Sequence record: SRR20825019_3098
Reading direction: 5' to 3' (one strand)
Length of the DNA: 64,000 nt
This document shows positions 46,079 to 56,698 of the stretch, in pieces. Made by a program: the position numbers and the translations under genes. The notes under the pieces are model-generated. The model was not told where the DNA came from and ran no database searches. It saw nothing but the letters and a program-made list of their open reading frames with translations. Position 1 is the first letter of the stretch. Each line of letters begins with the position of its first letter.

Positions 46079-47425
46079 ATGAGTCAGGAAAAAAGTGCAA
46101 TAATTGTTGGAGCTGGATTGGTTGGGTCACTCTGGGCAGTCTATCTCTCAAAAGCAGGATATAAAGTCACGATTTACGAACGAAGATCAGACATTAGAAA
46201 GGCCGAAATTTCCGCAGGAAAGTCAATAAACTTGGCGCTGTCAGTGCGCGGATGGACAGCTCTTGACGGCGTTGGCGTTGGAGATGAAATTCGCAAGATG
46301 GCCATTCCTATGCACGGACGAATGATGCACAGTGAAGAAGGAGAATTGACGTTTCAGCCTTATGGTAAAGAAGGAGAAGCGATTTATTCAATCTCGCGCG
46401 GTGGAGTGAATGCCAAAATGATGGACATTGCGGAAACGGAAGGAAACGCAGAAATCCATTACAACGAGCAGTGCGTCAATATCGATATGGAGAAAGGAAT
46501 TATTTTCCTAAAAAACACGATTTCAGGAGAAACTTCTCAAGCCCAGGCGGATGTTATTTTTGCTTGCGATGGAGCGTTTTCAGCGGTTCGTTACAAAGGA
46601 ATGCAGAAATTGGATCGTTTCGATTTTAGCCAAGACTTTATCGATGATGGGTACCGTGAAATCTTACTTCCAGCAAATCCCGACGGAACACATAAAATTG
46701 AAAAAAACGCACTTCATATCTGGCCACGTGGACGGTTTATGTTAATCGCCCTGCCGAATGATGACGGTTCGTATACATGTACGCTCTTTATGCCGTTCGA
46801 AGGAGAAGGGAATTCCTTCAAGAACCTGACGTCAAAGGAAAAAGTAATTGATTTCTTTAAAACAACCTTCCCCGATTTCTACGAAATGATGCCTGAAATT
46901 GGTGACGTTTGGGAAGATCATCCACTTTCGTCATTGGCAATAATGCGTTCTTACCCATGGCATCATGGAAAAACAGCAATGATGGGAGACGCGGCACATG
47001 CAACAGTTCCATTTTATGGTCAGGGAATGAACGGTGGCTTCGAAGATTGTACGGTAATGTGGCAATTGATGCAAAAGCACAATGAAAACTGGGAAGCCGT
47101 GTTTGAAGAATACAGTAAAGTACGCAAACCAGATGGTGACGCTTTACAGGATTTATCGTTGTACAATTATCATGTAATGCGCGATTTTGTAGCCGATCCA
47201 ATGTTCTTATTGAGAAAGAAAATCGAAGCGAAGTTTTCTAAGCTGTATCCAGAAAAGTGGTTGCCGTTATATTCACAAGTAACGTTTAGTAATATTCGTT
47301 ACAGTGACGCATTGAAAAATGGAAAAAAACAGTCGAAAATAATGGATCGGGTGATGAAAATGTCCGATATTGAACAAAAATGGGACTCAGAAGAGGTCAT
47401 CAACAAAATTTTGGAACAATTATGA
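46079..47425 (+). CDS. kmo: Kynurenine 3-monooxygenase
   Basis: GAGLVG, SINLALS.RG, ALHIWPR, GDAAHA.VPFYGQGMN, PLYSQVTFS. Confidence 0.95.
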   Translation: MSQEKSAIIVGAGLVGSLWAVYLSKAGYKVTIYERRSDIRKAEISAGKSINLALSVRGWTALDGVGVGDEIRKMAIPMHGRMMHSEEGELTFQPYGKEGEAIYSISRGGVNAKMMDIAETEGNAEIHYNEQCVNIDMEKGIIFLKNTISGETSQAQADVIFACDGAFSAVRYKGMQKLDRFDFSQDFIDDGYREILLPANPDGTHKIEKNALHIWPRGRFMLIALPNDDGSYTCTLFMPFEGEGNSFKNLTSKEKVIDFFKTTFPDFYEMMPEIGDVWEDHPLSSLAIMRSYPWHHGKTAMMGDAAHATVPFYGQGMNGGFEDCTVMWQLMQKHNENWEAVFEEYSKVRKPDGDALQDLSLYNYHVMRDFVADPMFLLRKKIEAKFSKLYPEKWLPLYSQVTFSNIRYSDALKNGKKQSKIMDRVMKMSDIEQKWDSEEVINKILEQL

Positions 47426-48321
47426 AGTGGATTTTAGCAATTACCGGTCTACTCGTTTCTTTTGGAATGAACGCACAAAGAGATTTAACACCTTCAAAGA
47501 AAGGAGATGCTTTTGGCGCACGTGATTTCCGTAATTTGAGAAGTACTGGACTCCAGTTTCAACTTGGGCCAACGTACATGTTTACGAAGAAAAAAACGGA
47601 AGAAGGATCTTTTGATGGATCGTCGAGGGGAAACTATTTGATCGAACCAGACGGAAGAATAGGCGGTTACCTAGAATTGGGATTGGCACATTTTCCTAAA
47701 AAACGGTCGAAACTTTCGTTAGCGCTAAAAACGGTTCTTGTAAGCTATTACGATTGGGGAGTTGGCTTCAAATATCTTGGAGGAAAGGAAAAAACAACGG
47801 TCAATTATACTGACGTTCTCGGAAATGTAGTTTCAACCGATGAAGGAGAAGGAAAATTCTATAATGGATTTCTTTATGGTCGTTTCAGCGTTCACAAGAA
47901 CATTCATTTTGGAGGCAAGAAGAATTTCTTCCTAGATAATTCTCTTGGGGTGAATATTGATTATAACATTTTGAGAGCAGATGAAACTTCGGATTATCAC
48001 ACGAATTACACAACTATTTTTGCTTCTGAATTGAAATATCATAATCCAACAGTTGCGCAGCTTCATTATGGGTTGGGCTTCGGATTTCGCTTGAAACGAG
48101 GAACATATTTCATTCCAGGAGTTCGCACGCCAATTTTGGGAATCTATGAGTGGAACAGCGGTCGTCCTTCACTTGATTGGTTCTCGTCACGCTATCACCC
48201 CGTACTATTCCATTTGAAAATCATTAATCTGTTCGAGAAAAAGAACAAAAGTGGATGTCCACCAGTTGACGGAAACGAAGATGACAAGAAGAGAAATAAA
48301 GAGTTCATGCAAGGGAATTAA
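47422..48321 (+). CDS. Exported, probably outer-membrane beta-barrel hypothetical protein
   Basis: Signal peptide and amphipathic beta strands; ATGA overlap with kmo. Confidence 0.65.
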   Translation: MKWILAITGLLVSFGMNAQRDLTPSKKGDAFGARDFRNLRSTGLQFQLGPTYMFTKKKTEEGSFDGSSRGNYLIEPDGRIGGYLELGLAHFPKKRSKLSLALKTVLVSYYDWGVGFKYLGGKEKTTVNYTDVLGNVVSTDEGEGKFYNGFLYGRFSVHKNIHFGGKKNFFLDNSLGVNIDYNILRADETSDYHTNYTTIFASELKYHNPTVAQLHYGLGFGFRLKRGTYFIPGVRTPILGIYEWNSGRPSLDWFSSRYHPVLFHLKIINLFEKKNKSGCPPVDGNEDDKKRNKEFMQGN

Positions 48322-48323
48322 TT

Positions 48324-48677
48324 ATGAAGAAGATTTATCATTTATCGAGTTGCAATACCTGTCAGAAAATAATTCAGCAAATCAAACCTGGATCGGATGT
48401 TGAATTACAGGATATAAAAGTGGAGAATATTGATGCGAAAACATTGGATTTTTTGAAAGAAAAATTAGGTTCTTATGAAGCATTATTTTCGAAAAGAGCG
48501 ATGAAGTATCGCTCAATGGGTTTGAATGAAATGGATTTATCCGAAGCTGATTACCGCAAGTATATGCTGGAAGAATACACATTTCTTAAACGACCATTTA
48601 TGATCAACGAAGATGAGGTGTTCATTGGAAATGCCAAGAAAACCGTTGAAGAGGCAGTCGCGTCATTTAATAAGTAG
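48324..48677 (+). CDS. ArsC/Spx-family protein
   Basis: CNTC, LKRPF. Confidence 0.88.
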   Translation: MKKIYHLSSCNTCQKIIQQIKPGSDVELQDIKVENIDAKTLDFLKEKLGSYEALFSKRAMKYRSMGLNEMDLSEADYRKYMLEEYTFLKRPFMINEDEVFIGNAKKTVEEAVASFNK

Positions 48678-48682
48678 TGATC

Positions 48683-48898
48683 ATGAGAAAGCATTATATT
48701 TTGTTGTCCGCACTTTGCCTGATTTTAGCGGCATGTGCAACTCCAGAGAAATCGTTAGATGGATCTATGGCAGCTAATGGCTCAGATTCTTTGAGTGTTG
48801 AAAAGAAGGATTCTGTAAGAAAAGATGTGAGAGGGGAGGAACTTTTTGCTCCAAAGGGAACAACGTTAGCTCCCAAGAGTAAAAAGAAAAATCTGTAA
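48683..48898 (+). CDS. Small lipoprotein
   Basis: Lipobox LAAC, operonic position. Confidence 0.55.
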   Translation: MRKHYILLSALCLILAACATPEKSLDGSMAANGSDSLSVEKKDSVRKDVRGEELFAPKGTTLAPKSKKKNL

Positions 48899-48935
48899 AA
48901 AGGGATCTCGCTCTTAGTTCGATTAATTACACACT

Positions 48936-49877
48936 ATGCCCTCTCTTTTTCGTGCGCATTTCGCACTTTTTCTGGTGAATGCTCTTTACGGCGCGAGTCA
49001 TGTGATCGCGAAAGGCGTTATGCCGAATTATCTAACTCCGAATGTCTTTATTTTGCTCAGAGCAGCTGGAGCAACATTCCTCTTTTGGGTGGTTAAATCT
49101 CTTTTTGTTAGAGAGAAGGTAGCTAGAAAGGATTTGCTTTTACTCGCTACGTGCGGGTTATTTGGCGTTACAATTAATCAACTCTGTTTTTTTCATGGAT
49201 TGAATTTGTCGTCGTCGATTAACTCCGGAATTATCATGACCGTAAACCCGATTTTGGTTGTGATTCTATCGTTTTTTCTTCTCAAGGAATCAATCACATG
49301 GCGCAAATCGATGGGAATTACCCTGGGCGCTCTTGGAGCCATTTTACTTACGTTAACTGCAGGAACGGGAACGGGAGATTCCATGATTGGCGACATCTTT
49401 TTATTCATCAACGCGGCGAGTTATGCCGTTTATTTGGTCATCGCAAAACCGCTGATGAAAAAATATAGCCCGCTTACGGTCATCACCTATGTCTTTTCAT
49501 TCGGATTGATTTTTATTCTTTGTTATCCACCAACAATTCTCGAATTTGTCACAACAGACTTTACTGTTTTACCAACGGGAATCGTACTGAAAATAATCTA
49601 CGTGGTAGTTGGAGTGACCTTTCTAACGTATCTTTTAACCATGTACGGGCTCAAATATTTGTCAGCGTCAGTTTCTAGCGCGTACATCTATTTACAACCA
49701 ATGCTCGTTATGCTTTTTGCCGTTTTATTAAGCTGGATGGAGCTTGCCGACGATTATACAGATACCATTACTTGGGAAAAAGTTGGGTATATGTTCCTTA
49801 TTTTCTTCGGGGTGTTTCTTACCTCATCATCGAGTTTTTCTAAAAAAAATCAGCCGAAATCGTTAAAGCACAGTTAG
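48936..49877 (+). CDS. DMT/EamA-family transporter
   Basis: 10 TM helices in two EamA repeats, YIYLQP. Confidence 0.92.
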   Translation: MPSLFRAHFALFLVNALYGASHVIAKGVMPNYLTPNVFILLRAAGATFLFWVVKSLFVREKVARKDLLLLATCGLFGVTINQLCFFHGLNLSSSINSGIIMTVNPILVVILSFFLLKESITWRKSMGITLGALGAILLTLTAGTGTGDSMIGDIFLFINAASYAVYLVIAKPLMKKYSPLTVITYVFSFGLIFILCYPPTILEFVTTDFTVLPTGIVLKIIYVVVGVTFLTYLLTMYGLKYLSASVSSAYIYLQPMLVMLFAVLLSWMELADDYTDTITWEKVGYMFLIFFGVFLTSSSSFSKKNQPKSLKHS

Positions 49878-50084
49878 TGGATTAAGCAATTCATGTGCTC
49901 TTCTTGATTAATCGAATTTACCAGTGCTTGTGGTTAAAAGAACCACGAAGATGCAGCGTTTTTGCTATTTCTGGTATCTGAAATATAGAAGCAGTGAGTT
50001 TAATCTAATATGACTAACCAAGGAAGAGGAAGAACGCGAAAGAGAACGTGAAGAAGAGAAGTAACTGTAATACAAAAAGACTAA

Positions 50085-53066
50085 ATGAAAATACGATTCG
50101 TCATTTCAATAATATTACTTTTCCTTACAATAACATTTGCAACTCAGGGACAAACACCTGATGAGTGGACTTGGATGTCAGGAACTAGCTCAATTGGGGC
50201 ACCTGTATATGGAACAAAGGGCATTGCCGCACAAGGAAATACACCAGGCGGCGTGTATGAAGCGGCGTGTTGGAAGGGTTTGAATGGAAACCTTTGGATG
50301 TACGGAGGAGGTAGTCGCCATGATATGTGGAAATACGATGTTTCAACAAACCTGTGGACATGGGTTCATGGACCTGGAACACCAACAGCAATACCCGTAT
50401 ATGGAACACAAGGAGTGGCTGGACCGAATGTACTACCTGGTGAGACAGACGCAGGATTACAAGCATCTTGGATCGATACAAATGGAGATTTATGGCTGTT
50501 TTGCAATAGCGGTGGGAGTATTATGAATAATTATTCCATGTGGAAATACTCTATTTCGTTAAATCAATGGACTTGGGTACACGGTAATATTCCGTACAAT
50601 TTAGGATCGCAGGGAATATCTGATCCTATGAATAATCCCGCAGCGTATGAAAGTCCAACTTCTTGGATAGCTGATGACGGTTCCTTTTGGCTATTCGAAG
50701 GATTCAGTAGCAGAATGTGGAAGTTTAACCCTGTTTCAAACGAATGGACATGGATGCATGGTTCTTGTCCGACTCCTTTAAGTATGGTTTTTTGTTCTCC
50801 AGGATATTTTGGAACAACGGGCGTTTATGCGTCAACTAACGAGCCTCCTTCTGGTCACGCTTTTCGCTCTTGGAAATCGGACGATGGAACATTTTATCTA
50901 TTTAAGAATCAAACGATGTGGCAGTTTGATCCGTCGATAAATCAATGGCGAAGAGTTACTGAACCCAACTCGGTTTCTGCCACTTTTGGAGCAGAATGCA
51001 TATTCAGCGCATGGAATCATCCAGGAGAACAAGATTTTGAGCAAAGAGCATCTTGGAAGGATGCGTGTAATCGTTTTTATAGCTACGATGGTCGCTATGG
51101 ATACCTTTGGTGTTTTGATCCTGCGACGAATCAGTTTGCAAAGGTGTGGCAAAGTTCTTGGGCTTCTGGCAACTCTAATCCAACCGCTGCGGTTTCAACG
51201 TATGGAACAATAGGAGTGTCGGCCACAACAAACGAACCTGGACTTGGCTATGGAGAACCATCTTGGACGGATAATAACGGAACTTTTTGGATGCTTTCAG
51301 ATGACAATCAAATACGTAATGCTCTTTGGCGTTTTGTACCAGACGCTTCGTGTTTGGGAGGAGCTGTGGTTGCCAATTTCACCCCAAGTCCCAATCAAGG
51401 CTGTGGTCCATTAATGGTGAATTTTGTACCTCAGGAAATATCGAGTAGCCTAACTTATTTCTGGGATTTTGGAGATGTTTCAAGTATCACAGATACGAGC
51501 ACGCAAGCAACACCTTCGTATACATTTACTACGCCTGGATCGTACTCCGTTCAACTTATTATGAACGGAACGTCCAATTGTGGTTCAGGAACGGACACAG
51601 TAGAAATGATTATTACAGTAACTGATCCTCCACAATTAGCGCTGACGTCAGATACAACCATCTGCTCTGGAGAAAGTGTTTCATTAACCGCAAGTGGCGC
51701 AAGTACTTATGTTTGGACTCCTTCCGCTGGATTGAATTCAACAGTGGGAGCATCAGTGCTTGCCACGCCAACTGTTTCTACGCTGTATTATGTAACTGGA
51801 ACTGTTTCTGGTTGTTCTTCAATAGATTCAGTGGAAGTGGGAATAGCTTCTCCTCCTCAACTTTCGGTGTCGGATGTAAGCATTTGCGTGGGAGATTCCG
51901 CCGACCTTCTGGTTTCTGGAGCGCACACATATCTTTGGTCACCTTCCGCAGGATTGAATACAACAACAGGTTCAAGTGTGATAGCAAACCCGACAGTTAC
52001 AACAAACTACTTCGTAACAGGAACAGATACAATCACAGGATGTTCATCAACAGAGCAATTAACAGTTAGTTTGGACGTAGTTAATGTGAGTGCAAGTTCT
52101 ACCACGATTTGTATGAACGTGCCGTTTGCAACCGGAACGCTCACCGCGAGTGGGGCAGATACTTATAGTTGGTTTCCACCGACAAACTTGAGTAGTACTA
52201 CAGGAAGCACAGTAACAACTGCAGCAAACAGTACAACTACGTATTCAGTAATAGGTACAACACTAAATGGATGTGTAGATACGGCTGAAACCATCGTCAC
52301 AGTTGTTCCTTATTTTAATGTATCAGTGAATTCCGCAGATATTTGTGAAGGAGAAATGGCGACTTTAACAGCCAGTGGTGCGAATACTTATGTTTGGTCT
52401 CCCGCTAGTGGATTAAACCTCACCACGGGAACAGAAGTGAATAGTTCTCCAGCGACCACAACGACGTACACAGTATTGGGACAAGTGGATAATTGTGTAG
52501 ATACAGCCTACGCAATCGTTACTGTGCATCCTCTTCCAACCGCGAATGTGAGTGCAAATCCGAATCCAGTGAGTTCATCAGAACCTGAAGTTGTGTTGAG
52601 TACCAACGCCATGGGGAATTCAGTAGCGTGGTACTATGCAGGCACGTTAATTTCAAATTTGGAGGAGTTTACCCATGAGTTTCCAGCAGCTCAACCTGGG
52701 AATTATCAAATTCAACTAGTGCTGACCAACGATGTAGGCTGTACAGACACGGCGTGGATAACATTGGTGATTCAAGAGGAAATTATATTCTACGTGCCAA
52801 ATGCTTTTTCACCAGATGGCAATGAATTTAACCCTGTATTTAAGCCAATAATTTCTTCAGGAATTGATTTGTCGAGCTACTCCTTGGTGATTTTTGATCG
52901 TTGGGGCGAATTAGTTTTTGAGACGAACGACGCAAATGATTCTTGGGATGGAACTTACAAGGGAAGAAAATGCCCAGATGGCGCCTACACTTGGAAGATA
53001 AACTTCGGGTCGAAATACAACGATGCAAATTTTGAACACGTTGGACACGTCAGTTTGCTGAAGTAG
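50085..53066 (+). CDS. T9SS type-B (gliding-motility CTD) surface protein with Kelch-like, PKD and Ig-like repeats
   Basis: WTW..G / LW..GG repeats, WDFGD PKD, ICxG..LTASGA.TY.W repeats, YVPNAFSPDG..IFDRWG..WDGTY CTD. Confidence 0.9.
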   Translation: MKIRFVISIILLFLTITFATQGQTPDEWTWMSGTSSIGAPVYGTKGIAAQGNTPGGVYEAACWKGLNGNLWMYGGGSRHDMWKYDVSTNLWTWVHGPGTPTAIPVYGTQGVAGPNVLPGETDAGLQASWIDTNGDLWLFCNSGGSIMNNYSMWKYSISLNQWTWVHGNIPYNLGSQGISDPMNNPAAYESPTSWIADDGSFWLFEGFSSRMWKFNPVSNEWTWMHGSCPTPLSMVFCSPGYFGTTGVYASTNEPPSGHAFRSWKSDDGTFYLFKNQTMWQFDPSINQWRRVTEPNSVSATFGAECIFSAWNHPGEQDFEQRASWKDACNRFYSYDGRYGYLWCFDPATNQFAKVWQSSWASGNSNPTAAVSTYGTIGVSATTNEPGLGYGEPSWTDNNGTFWMLSDDNQIRNALWRFVPDASCLGGAVVANFTPSPNQGCGPLMVNFVPQEISSSLTYFWDFGDVSSITDTSTQATPSYTFTTPGSYSVQLIMNGTSNCGSGTDTVEMIITVTDPPQLALTSDTTICSGESVSLTASGASTYVWTPSAGLNSTVGASVLATPTVSTLYYVTGTVSGCSSIDSVEVGIASPPQLSVSDVSICVGDSADLLVSGAHTYLWSPSAGLNTTTGSSVIANPTVTTNYFVTGTDTITGCSSTEQLTVSLDVVNVSASSTTICMNVPFATGTLTASGADTYSWFPPTNLSSTTGSTVTTAANSTTTYSVIGTTLNGCVDTAETIVTVVPYFNVSVNSADICEGEMATLTASGANTYVWSPASGLNLTTGTEVNSSPATTTTYTVLGQVDNCVDTAYAIVTVHPLPTANVSANPNPVSSSEPEVVLSTNAMGNSVAWYYAGTLISNLEEFTHEFPAAQPGNYQIQLVLTNDVGCTDTAWITLVIQEEIIFYVPNAFSPDGNEFNPVFKPIISSGIDLSSYSLVIFDRWGELVFETNDANDSWDGTYKGRKCPDGAYTWKINFGSKYNDANFEHVGHVSLLK

Positions 53067-53180
53067 AATCCCGAAAAAAACAAAATCGTTTGTTTCCATT
53101 TGGCGAGGCTGAATAAAGATAGAACAACCCAAAACCCCTAAAAGTGGAAATTCCTGAGTAAATTTGCACAAAATCTTTGT

Positions 53181-54047
53181 ATGTTAAAATCAATGACCGG
53201 CTTTGGAAAAGCAACTGGCAGTTTCCAATCTAAAAAAGTATCCGTTGAAATCAGATCACTCAATAGTAAATCACTGGATTTGAATGCTCGGATAGCGCAA
53301 CAGTACAAAGAATTAGAACCAGAAATTCGCAAGAGTATTGCTGATAAACTTACGCGCGGAAAGATTGATATTTCTGTAAACATTGATAGTATCGGAGAAC
53401 AGAAATCAGTATCGATCAATAAAGAATTGGCTGCGTCGTATTTCAGCGAGCTTAAGCAGTTAAGCGAAATGATCGGTGAGAAAACAGAAGATTACTTGCC
53501 ACTTTTACTCAGAATGCCAGATATTTTCGATCATGAAAAGGAAGAACTTTCTGTGGAAGAGAAGAAATGGGTGTTGGACCTTGTAAATCAGGCGGCATCA
53601 AGTTTAAATGATTTCAGAAGAAAAGAAGGAGAAGAGCTAGAAAAAGAGTTCGGACTTAGAATTTCTGAAATCCGCAGTTTTCTAGAAGAAATTCCTAAGT
53701 ACGAGAATCAGCGAATAGAAGTGATTCGTGAGCGGATGAAAAAGGGCTTGGAAGACATGCAAAAAGGTACGTATGATGACAATCGTTTTGAGCAAGAAAT
53801 GATTTTCTATATGGAGAAATTGGATGTTTCGGAAGAGAAAATGCGTTTAGCAAATCACTTAGATTACTTTGATAAAACAATGAAATTAGCCGATAGCGGG
53901 AAGAAGCTGGGCTTTATTTCCCAGGAAATAGGAAGAGAGATCAATACACTTGGAAGTAAGAGTAATCATGCAGAAATGCAAGTTCTTGTAATAGGAATGA
54001 AAGATTGCCTCGAGAAAATAAAAGAACAAATCCTAAACACTTTGTAG
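53181..54047 (+). CDS. yicC: YicC/YloC-family endoribonuclease
   Basis: SMTGFG, RGK, GKKLGFISQEIGREINTLGSK. Confidence 0.95.
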   Translation: MLKSMTGFGKATGSFQSKKVSVEIRSLNSKSLDLNARIAQQYKELEPEIRKSIADKLTRGKIDISVNIDSIGEQKSVSINKELAASYFSELKQLSEMIGEKTEDYLPLLLRMPDIFDHEKEELSVEEKKWVLDLVNQAASSLNDFRRKEGEELEKEFGLRISEIRSFLEEIPKYENQRIEVIRERMKKGLEDMQKGTYDDNRFEQEMIFYMEKLDVSEEKMRLANHLDYFDKTMKLADSGKKLGFISQEIGREINTLGSKSNHAEMQVLVIGMKDCLEKIKEQILNTL

Positions 54048-54067
54048 GTTTTAGCGTAGACGGAATT

Positions 54068-54649
54068 ATGGAATCTCAGAAATCAGGTAAATGTGTCATT
54101 TTTTCGGCTCCATCTGGTGCTGGTAAGACAACCATTGTACATCACCTTATTAAACAAAATCTTGGACTAGAATTTTCTGTTTCTGCGTGCAGTAGAGATC
54201 CGCGTCCAAATGAACAAGACGGTCAAGATTATCATTTTTTAGGAGTTCAAGGCTTCAAAGAGAAAATTGAACAAGAAGCTTTTCTCGAATGGGAAGAGGT
54301 GTACACGAACAATTTTTATGGAACGTTAAAGTCTGAGATTGAGCGAATTTGGGCAAATGGAAAGACGGTAATTTTCGATGTGGATGTAATTGGCGGACTT
54401 AACTTGAAGAAAATTTTTCAGGATTCAGCATTTGCCGTTTTTGTGAAACCGCCTAGTTATGAAGAATTGGAAAAAAGACTCCGAAACCGAAGCACAGAGA
54501 CGGAGGATAAAATTCGACAACGCATGAGCAAGGCTAAAAAGGAACTTTCTTTCGCACCAGAATTCGATTATACATTGGTAAACGACGATCTCGCTACGGC
54601 ATGTCAAACGGCAGAAGACCTCATTCGTAAATTCCTCAGCGAAAAATGA
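54068..54649 (+). CDS. gmk: Guanylate kinase
   Basis: APSGAGKTT, SVSA.SR.PR, YGTL, DVDV.G. Confidence 0.96.
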   Translation: MESQKSGKCVIFSAPSGAGKTTIVHHLIKQNLGLEFSVSACSRDPRPNEQDGQDYHFLGVQGFKEKIEQEAFLEWEEVYTNNFYGTLKSEIERIWANGKTVIFDVDVIGGLNLKKIFQDSAFAVFVKPPSYEELEKRLRNRSTETEDKIRQRMSKAKKELSFAPEFDYTLVNDDLATACQTAEDLIRKFLSEK

Positions 54650-55248
54650 AAATCGGACTGTATTTTGGCTCGTTCAACCCCATTCACGTTGGTCACCTGA
54701 TCATCGCGAATTACATGGCCGATTATACAGATTTAGACCAAATTTGGTTGGTGGTATCGCCGCATAATCCTCATAAGGAAAAGAAATCCCTCTTGGCGGA
54801 TCATCATCGATTGGCATTGGTGCGTGAAGCAATAGAAGGAAATCCTAACCTCAAGGCAAGCGACGTTGAGTTTTCACTTCAGAAACCAAGTTACACGGCA
54901 ACAACATTAACTTATCTCAAGGAAATGCACCCGACGTACGAATTTTCGTTGCTGATGGGAGAAGATAATTTGAGAACATTTCACAAATGGTTCAACTATG
55001 AAATGATTATTGAGAATCACAAAATGTACGTTTATCCAAGAGCACTGACCGCTCAAGAAGTGAAAACAGAACAATCTGCCCAGCATTCTTTAGAAAACAC
55101 AGAGAATGTGATTTTTTGCAATGAAGCTCCAGTAATGAATGTTTCGTCGAGCTTTATTCGAAATGCGATTAAGGAAGGAAAAGACGTTCGTTATTTGGTC
55201 ACGGAGAATGTGTTCAAATACATGGACGAAATGAATTTCTATAAGTAG
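54646..55248 (+). CDS. nadD: Nicotinate-nucleotide adenylyltransferase
   Basis: GSFNPIHVGH, GEDNL..FHKW, SSSFIR. Confidence 0.96.
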   Translation: MKIGLYFGSFNPIHVGHLIIANYMADYTDLDQIWLVVSPHNPHKEKKSLLADHHRLALVREAIEGNPNLKASDVEFSLQKPSYTATTLTYLKEMHPTYEFSLLMGEDNLRTFHKWFNYEMIIENHKMYVYPRALTAQEVKTEQSAQHSLENTENVIFCNEAPVMNVSSSFIRNAIKEGKDVRYLVTENVFKYMDEMNFYK

Positions 55249-55271
55249 GCTGGCTTAGCGTTGAGTTGAAA

Positions 55272-55300
55272 GTTGGCGCGGATTTTCAATCCGTGACAAC
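55272..55300. repeat. REP-like imperfect palindrome between convergent nadD and scoB
   Basis: gttg-g-cgcggatt-ttc-aatccgtg-a-caac. Confidence 0.5.
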
Positions 55301-55306
55301 ATACTC

Positions 55307-55963
55307 TCACAAAACCATCTCAGGCACGTTGTCTGGAATCACCAATTCGCCTTCAGTCGAAGCAATAATATGCTCCACACTTACACCAGGTGCGCGCTCA
55401 ACTAAATGGAATTTTCCGTCTTTAATCTCAAGAACAGCCAAGTCGGTAACCACCTTTTTCACGCAAGCAACACCCGTTAATGGGAGAGAGCAGTTTGAAA
55501 GAATTTTACTTTCTCCAGCTTTATTGGTGTGCATCATCGCAACGATAATATTCTCAGCAGAAGCTACTAAATCCATTGCGCCGCCCATTCCTTTTACCAT
55601 TTTCCCTGGGATTTTCCAGTTGGCAATATCTCCCGTTTGAGAAACTTCCATTGCTCCCAAAACGGTGAGTTGAACATGTTGTCCACGGATCATCGCGAAT
55701 GAAGTTGCTGAATCAAAGAATACAGCCCCTTTGTTTGCGGTAATTGTCTGTTTTCCAGCATTGATTAGATCTGCATCCTCGTCTCCATCAAAAGGAAACG
55801 GACCCATTCCTAGAATCCCATTTTCTGATTGAAATTCTACTTCAATACCTGTTGGAATGTAGTTTGCTACAAGGGTTGGAATTCCAATCCCCAAGTTCAC
55901 GTACCAACCGTTTCGAAGTTCCTGAGCAATACGTTTTGCAATTCCTATTTTATCTAATGCCAT
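55307..55963 (-). CDS. scoB: 3-oxoacid CoA-transferase subunit B
   Basis: VNLGIGIPT, QSENG, GMGGAMDL. Confidence 0.95.
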   Translation of the reverse strand: MALDKIGIAKRIAQELRNGWYVNLGIGIPTLVANYIPTGIEVEFQSENGILGMGPFPFDGDEDADLINAGKQTITANKGAVFFDSATSFAMIRGQHVQLTVLGAMEVSQTGDIANWKIPGKMVKGMGGAMDLVASAENIIVAMMHTNKAGESKILSNCSLPLTGVACVKKVVTDLAVLEIKDGKFHLVERAPGVSVEHIIASTEGELVIPDNVPEMVL

Positions 55964-55993
55964 GTTGAATGTGTTTAATCTACGTACTTGAAA

Positions 55994-56692
55994 TTAAGTT
56001 CTTGGTCGAACGGTTCTTTGCTCAATGCGTTTTTCGAATCGATCTCCCTGAAAAATTCGCTGAACAAAAATTCCAGGAGTGTGAATCTCGTTTGGATCTA
56101 ATTCTCCCGCTGGAACCAGTTCTTCAACTTCGGCAATGGTTATTTTTCCTGCCATCGCCATCATTGGGTTGAAATTTCGCGCCGTTGCTTTGAAAATCAA
56201 GTTTCCCTCTGTATCTCCTTTCCACGCTTTCACAATTGCGAAATCCGCTGTGAGTGCCATTTCCAAGATGTGAGGTTTTCCATTGAATTCGCGTACTTCT
56301 TTTCCTTCAGCTACTTCTGTTCCGTAGCCAGCAGGAGTGAAAAATGCAGGAATTCCGGCACCTCCAGCGCGACATCTTTCAGCCAACGAACCTTGTGGAA
56401 TTAAATCAACTTCCAATTCTCCAGAAAGCATTTGACGTTCAAATTCATCATTCTCACCAACGTAAGAACTAATCATTTTCTTGATTTGCTTCCCTTGTAA
56501 TAACAAGCCAAGACCGAAATCATCTACTCCAGCATTGTTTGAAATACATGTCAATCCGTTCACGCCCATTTTTACAAGATGTGCGATTGAGTTTTCGGGA
56601 ATTCCACATAAACCAAAGCCACCGAGCATCAAGGTCATATTGTCCTCAATACCAATAAGTGCTTCTTCTACGTTTTTTACTACTTTGTTCAT
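55994..56692 (-). CDS. scoA: 3-oxoacid CoA-transferase subunit A
   Basis: [29 protein letters not shown]. Confidence 0.95.
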   Translation of the reverse strand: MNKVVKNVEEALIGIEDNMTLMLGGFGLCGIPENSIAHLVKMGVNGLTCISNNAGVDDFGLGLLLQGKQIKKMISSYVGENDEFERQMLSGELEVDLIPQGSLAERCRAGGAGIPAFFTPAGYGTEVAEGKEVREFNGKPHILEMALTADFAIVKAWKGDTEGNLIFKATARNFNPMMAMAGKITIAEVEELVPAGELDPNEIHTPGIFVQRIFQGDRFEKRIEQRTVRPRT

Positions 56693-56698
56693 ATCGTT

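Noticed and set aside
44561-47425. Eukaryote-like kynurenine pathway as a novel horizontal transfer
   Set aside because: kynU/kmo-based tryptophan-to-NAD metabolism is already established in Flavobacteria and Cytophaga
51600-52530. Repeated DNA segments as a possible CRISPR or tandem array
   Set aside because: They are degenerate in-frame Ig-like protein repeats inside a CDS, with no identical repeats or spacers
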